The notes beneath the pieces were generated by a model. The model did no database searches and had not been told where the DNA came from. It was given only the letters and a program-made list of their open reading frames with translations. The translations under genes and the position numbers were made by a program. From the NCBI RefSeq assembly GCF_009914755.1, contig NC_060926.1: a stretch of 64,000 nucleotides of DNA, one strand, 5' to 3'. Of the stretch, positions 61,760 to 64,000 are shown in pieces; position 1 is the first letter of the stretch; each line of letters opens with the position of its first letter. The stretch is from the human T2T-CHM13v2.0 reference genome, Homo sapiens.

Positions 61760-62102
61760 CAGGAGTTGGCCAGCTTTTTCTGCAAAGAGCCAGTTAGTAA
61801 ATATTTTAGGCTTTGTGGACTATATAAATTAATTTATTTTTGAGACAGGGTCTCACTCTGTTTCCCAGGCTGGAGTGCAGTTGTGTGATCATGGCTCACT
61901 GCAGTCTTGACTTTCTGAGCTCTAGTGATCCTCCCACCTCAGCCTCTCTACTAGTTGGGACCACAGGTGTGCAACATCACACCCAGCTAATTGACACTAT
62001 GGACTGTAAAGTGAATAAGCATGGCTGTGTTCCAAAATACTTGACTTACAAAAACAGGCAGTGGGCTGGATTTGGCCCAAGGTGCTAATTTGCTGACCCT
62101 TG
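61760..62102. mobile_element. MER58-like DNA transposon interrupted by an antisense Alu monomer (~61830-61992)
   Basis: caggagttggccagctttttctgcaaagagccag...aatttgctgacccttg termini. Confidence 0.7.
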
Positions 62103-62679
62103 TGCTAAAAGGAAGGTGCTGCAAGTGAAGTGACTCTTATTTGTAAAAGTGCCCTGCGTGTGTGAAATTATCCTTCCTTTGAGAAAAGGATATATTTCAG
62201 TATTCACCTCACCATATTTTTCCACAGTGACTTCATATAATTTTAAAAATTTCATTTATAAAATAAGATTATTGTCTGCATTTCTCCCACTTTATTCCTG
62301 TTAATAGAACCCAGTATTTTGCTGTGATCAATTACTTTGTATATTTGATGAGTATCAGTTGTCCTAGAATTGGCTGATTTTATCAAGCAAGAAATACTCT
62401 CCTTGAAACTTTTAGTATTTCTTGGTCTTTATGCATAAGCATGAATAAAATGATAATCAGCTTATGTGTAATCTAGAAATGTTCAAGGCGACTTTTAGTT
62501 CTATAGTTTTAAGAATTTAACACCTCAGTCTGGCATTTTTAATGCCACATGTGTATAATTTTTATAACCTTTAAAATATATTATTGTTATATAAAATTTG
62601 AAAACTACACCTGTTATATAAAACTTGAAACTATTTGTCTATTACTTTTCCATGACTGTGGAAGAAAATTACAACATTC

Positions 62680-64000
62680 TCAGTCATGACTCCTAAGCAT
62701 GATGTCCTTAAAAGAACTGTCCACACTCACGAACTCAAATTTTCTTTTCATTCACTCTTAATCTCACACCGGCGTCTTCAATTTCAGCAGTCCTCCAACA
62801 TTGTTTTTCCTCAAGATTATCACAATTTTTTTCTGTAAATTATGCATTTTTTCTTACACCTCATTTTATTTAATCTGTCAGCAATATTTGAGCCAGTGGA
62901 GGGCGTCTCCTCCCTAACGGCGTCTTCACTTGGCTTTCAGGACCTCACTCCCTCAAGCTTTTCCTCCTGCATTTCTAGTCCATTCATCATGGTCTGTTTT
63001 GCTTGCTCCTCCTCATCTTTCTCCTTTTGGACATTGTTGTTTCCCAGGGCTCAGTCCTCAATCTTCTTTCTCCTGACTTTTTCTTTTTCTTTTTTTGAGA
63101 CGGAGTTTGACTCTGTCCCCCAGGCTGGAGTTCAGTGGTGTGATCTCAGCTCACTACAACTTCTGCCTCTTGGGTTTAAGTGATTCTCCTGCCTCAGCCT
63201 CCTGAGTAGCTGGCATTACAGGTGTGTGCCACCATGCCTGGCTAATTTTTGTATTTTTAGTAGAGACAGCATTTCCCCATGTTGGCCAGCCTGGTCTCAA
63301 ACTCCTGATCTCAGGTGATCTGTCTGCCTTGGCCTCACAAAGTGTTGGGATTACAGGTGTGAGCCACTGCACCCGGCCCCTCGTGACTTTTTCTATTATG
63401 TATATGCTAGTGATTTCCAAATGTATGTCTCCAGCTCAGATCTCTCTCCTTAATTCCAGATTTCTATATCAGCCTGCCTACTTGACGTCTCTATTTGGTT
63501 AGTTATTGGGTATCACACACGTGTCAGATCCAAAATTGGGCTACTGATGTCCTTCCTGAAATCTACACCTCATGTAGTCTTTCCTACTTTGGTTAAGGGC
63601 AACTTTTCCAATTGCTCTGCCAAAAATGTCAGTGTCATTCTTGACTCATCTGTCCCTCTGACACCTCATATCTAATCTTTCAGTAAATCTTGTCAGGTCT
63701 ACCTGAAGAATATGTCCAGAAGCCAGTCATATCTTGTACATCTGAGCCACTGTCATCTGCAGTCTAGATGAGTGTCATAGACTGGGAATTGATCGTCCTG
63801 GCTTTTAAAAACTTCCCTTTTCATCAATTCTTAACTCAGTGGATGTATTTAAAACATAAGTCAAATTGTGTCATTCCTCTGCCCCAGCACTTCTGATTGC
63901 CTCCTTTTCACTCTGAGTATGGGTCAAAGTTCCTCCTGATTATCTCCCTTGCTCTGCTTCAGCCACACTGAATTCTTGCCATCCTGTATCTACCCCTAGT
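62680..64000 (+). mobile_element. L2 LINE remnant interrupted by an antisense Alu (63077-63378)
   Basis: Pyrimidine-rich L2 motifs (ccagggctcagtcctc; tccagctcagatctctctcct; gtcattcttgactc); TSD tgacttttt around the Alu. Confidence 0.7.

Noticed and set aside
60569-64000. POTE-actin fusion exon
   Set aside because: No actin-coding sequence is in the window; it is expected further downstream.

Overview
Human (or great-ape) genomic DNA that matches the 2q21.1 segmental duplication, recognised from the encoded proteins. It holds three loci. (1) The last three exons of a testis serine-protease-like locus (PRSS40A/TISP43-type, + strand, 2191-8821): the reading frame is open, but the active-site motif is RDSRGP instead of GDSGGP. 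(2) The complete six-exon CFC1 (Cryptic, EGF-CFC family) gene on the - strand (20785-27195, 223 aa, all junctions GT-AG and in phase). (3) The first nine coding exons of POTEJ on the + strand (39442-60568: two 37-aa cysteine-rich repeats, ankyrin repeats, then the spacer); the gene runs past the window end. The rest is dense interspersed repeat (about 30 Alus, L1, L2, MIR, MaLR/ERV LTRs, MER1A/MER58 DNA transposons), microsatellites and a U6 snRNA retrocopy. I found no prokaryotic-type system and cannot claim a new biological system. The best leads are an apparent U6-plus-unknown-RNA chimeric retrocopy with target-site duplications, an intact-frame pseudoprotease, a dormant POTE micro-exon that would create a stop codon, a GC-AG intron, and a 50-bp CpG-rich minisatellite in the POTEJ upstream region. 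Gene names and repeat subfamilies come from recall, not database searches, and repeat boundaries are approximate.
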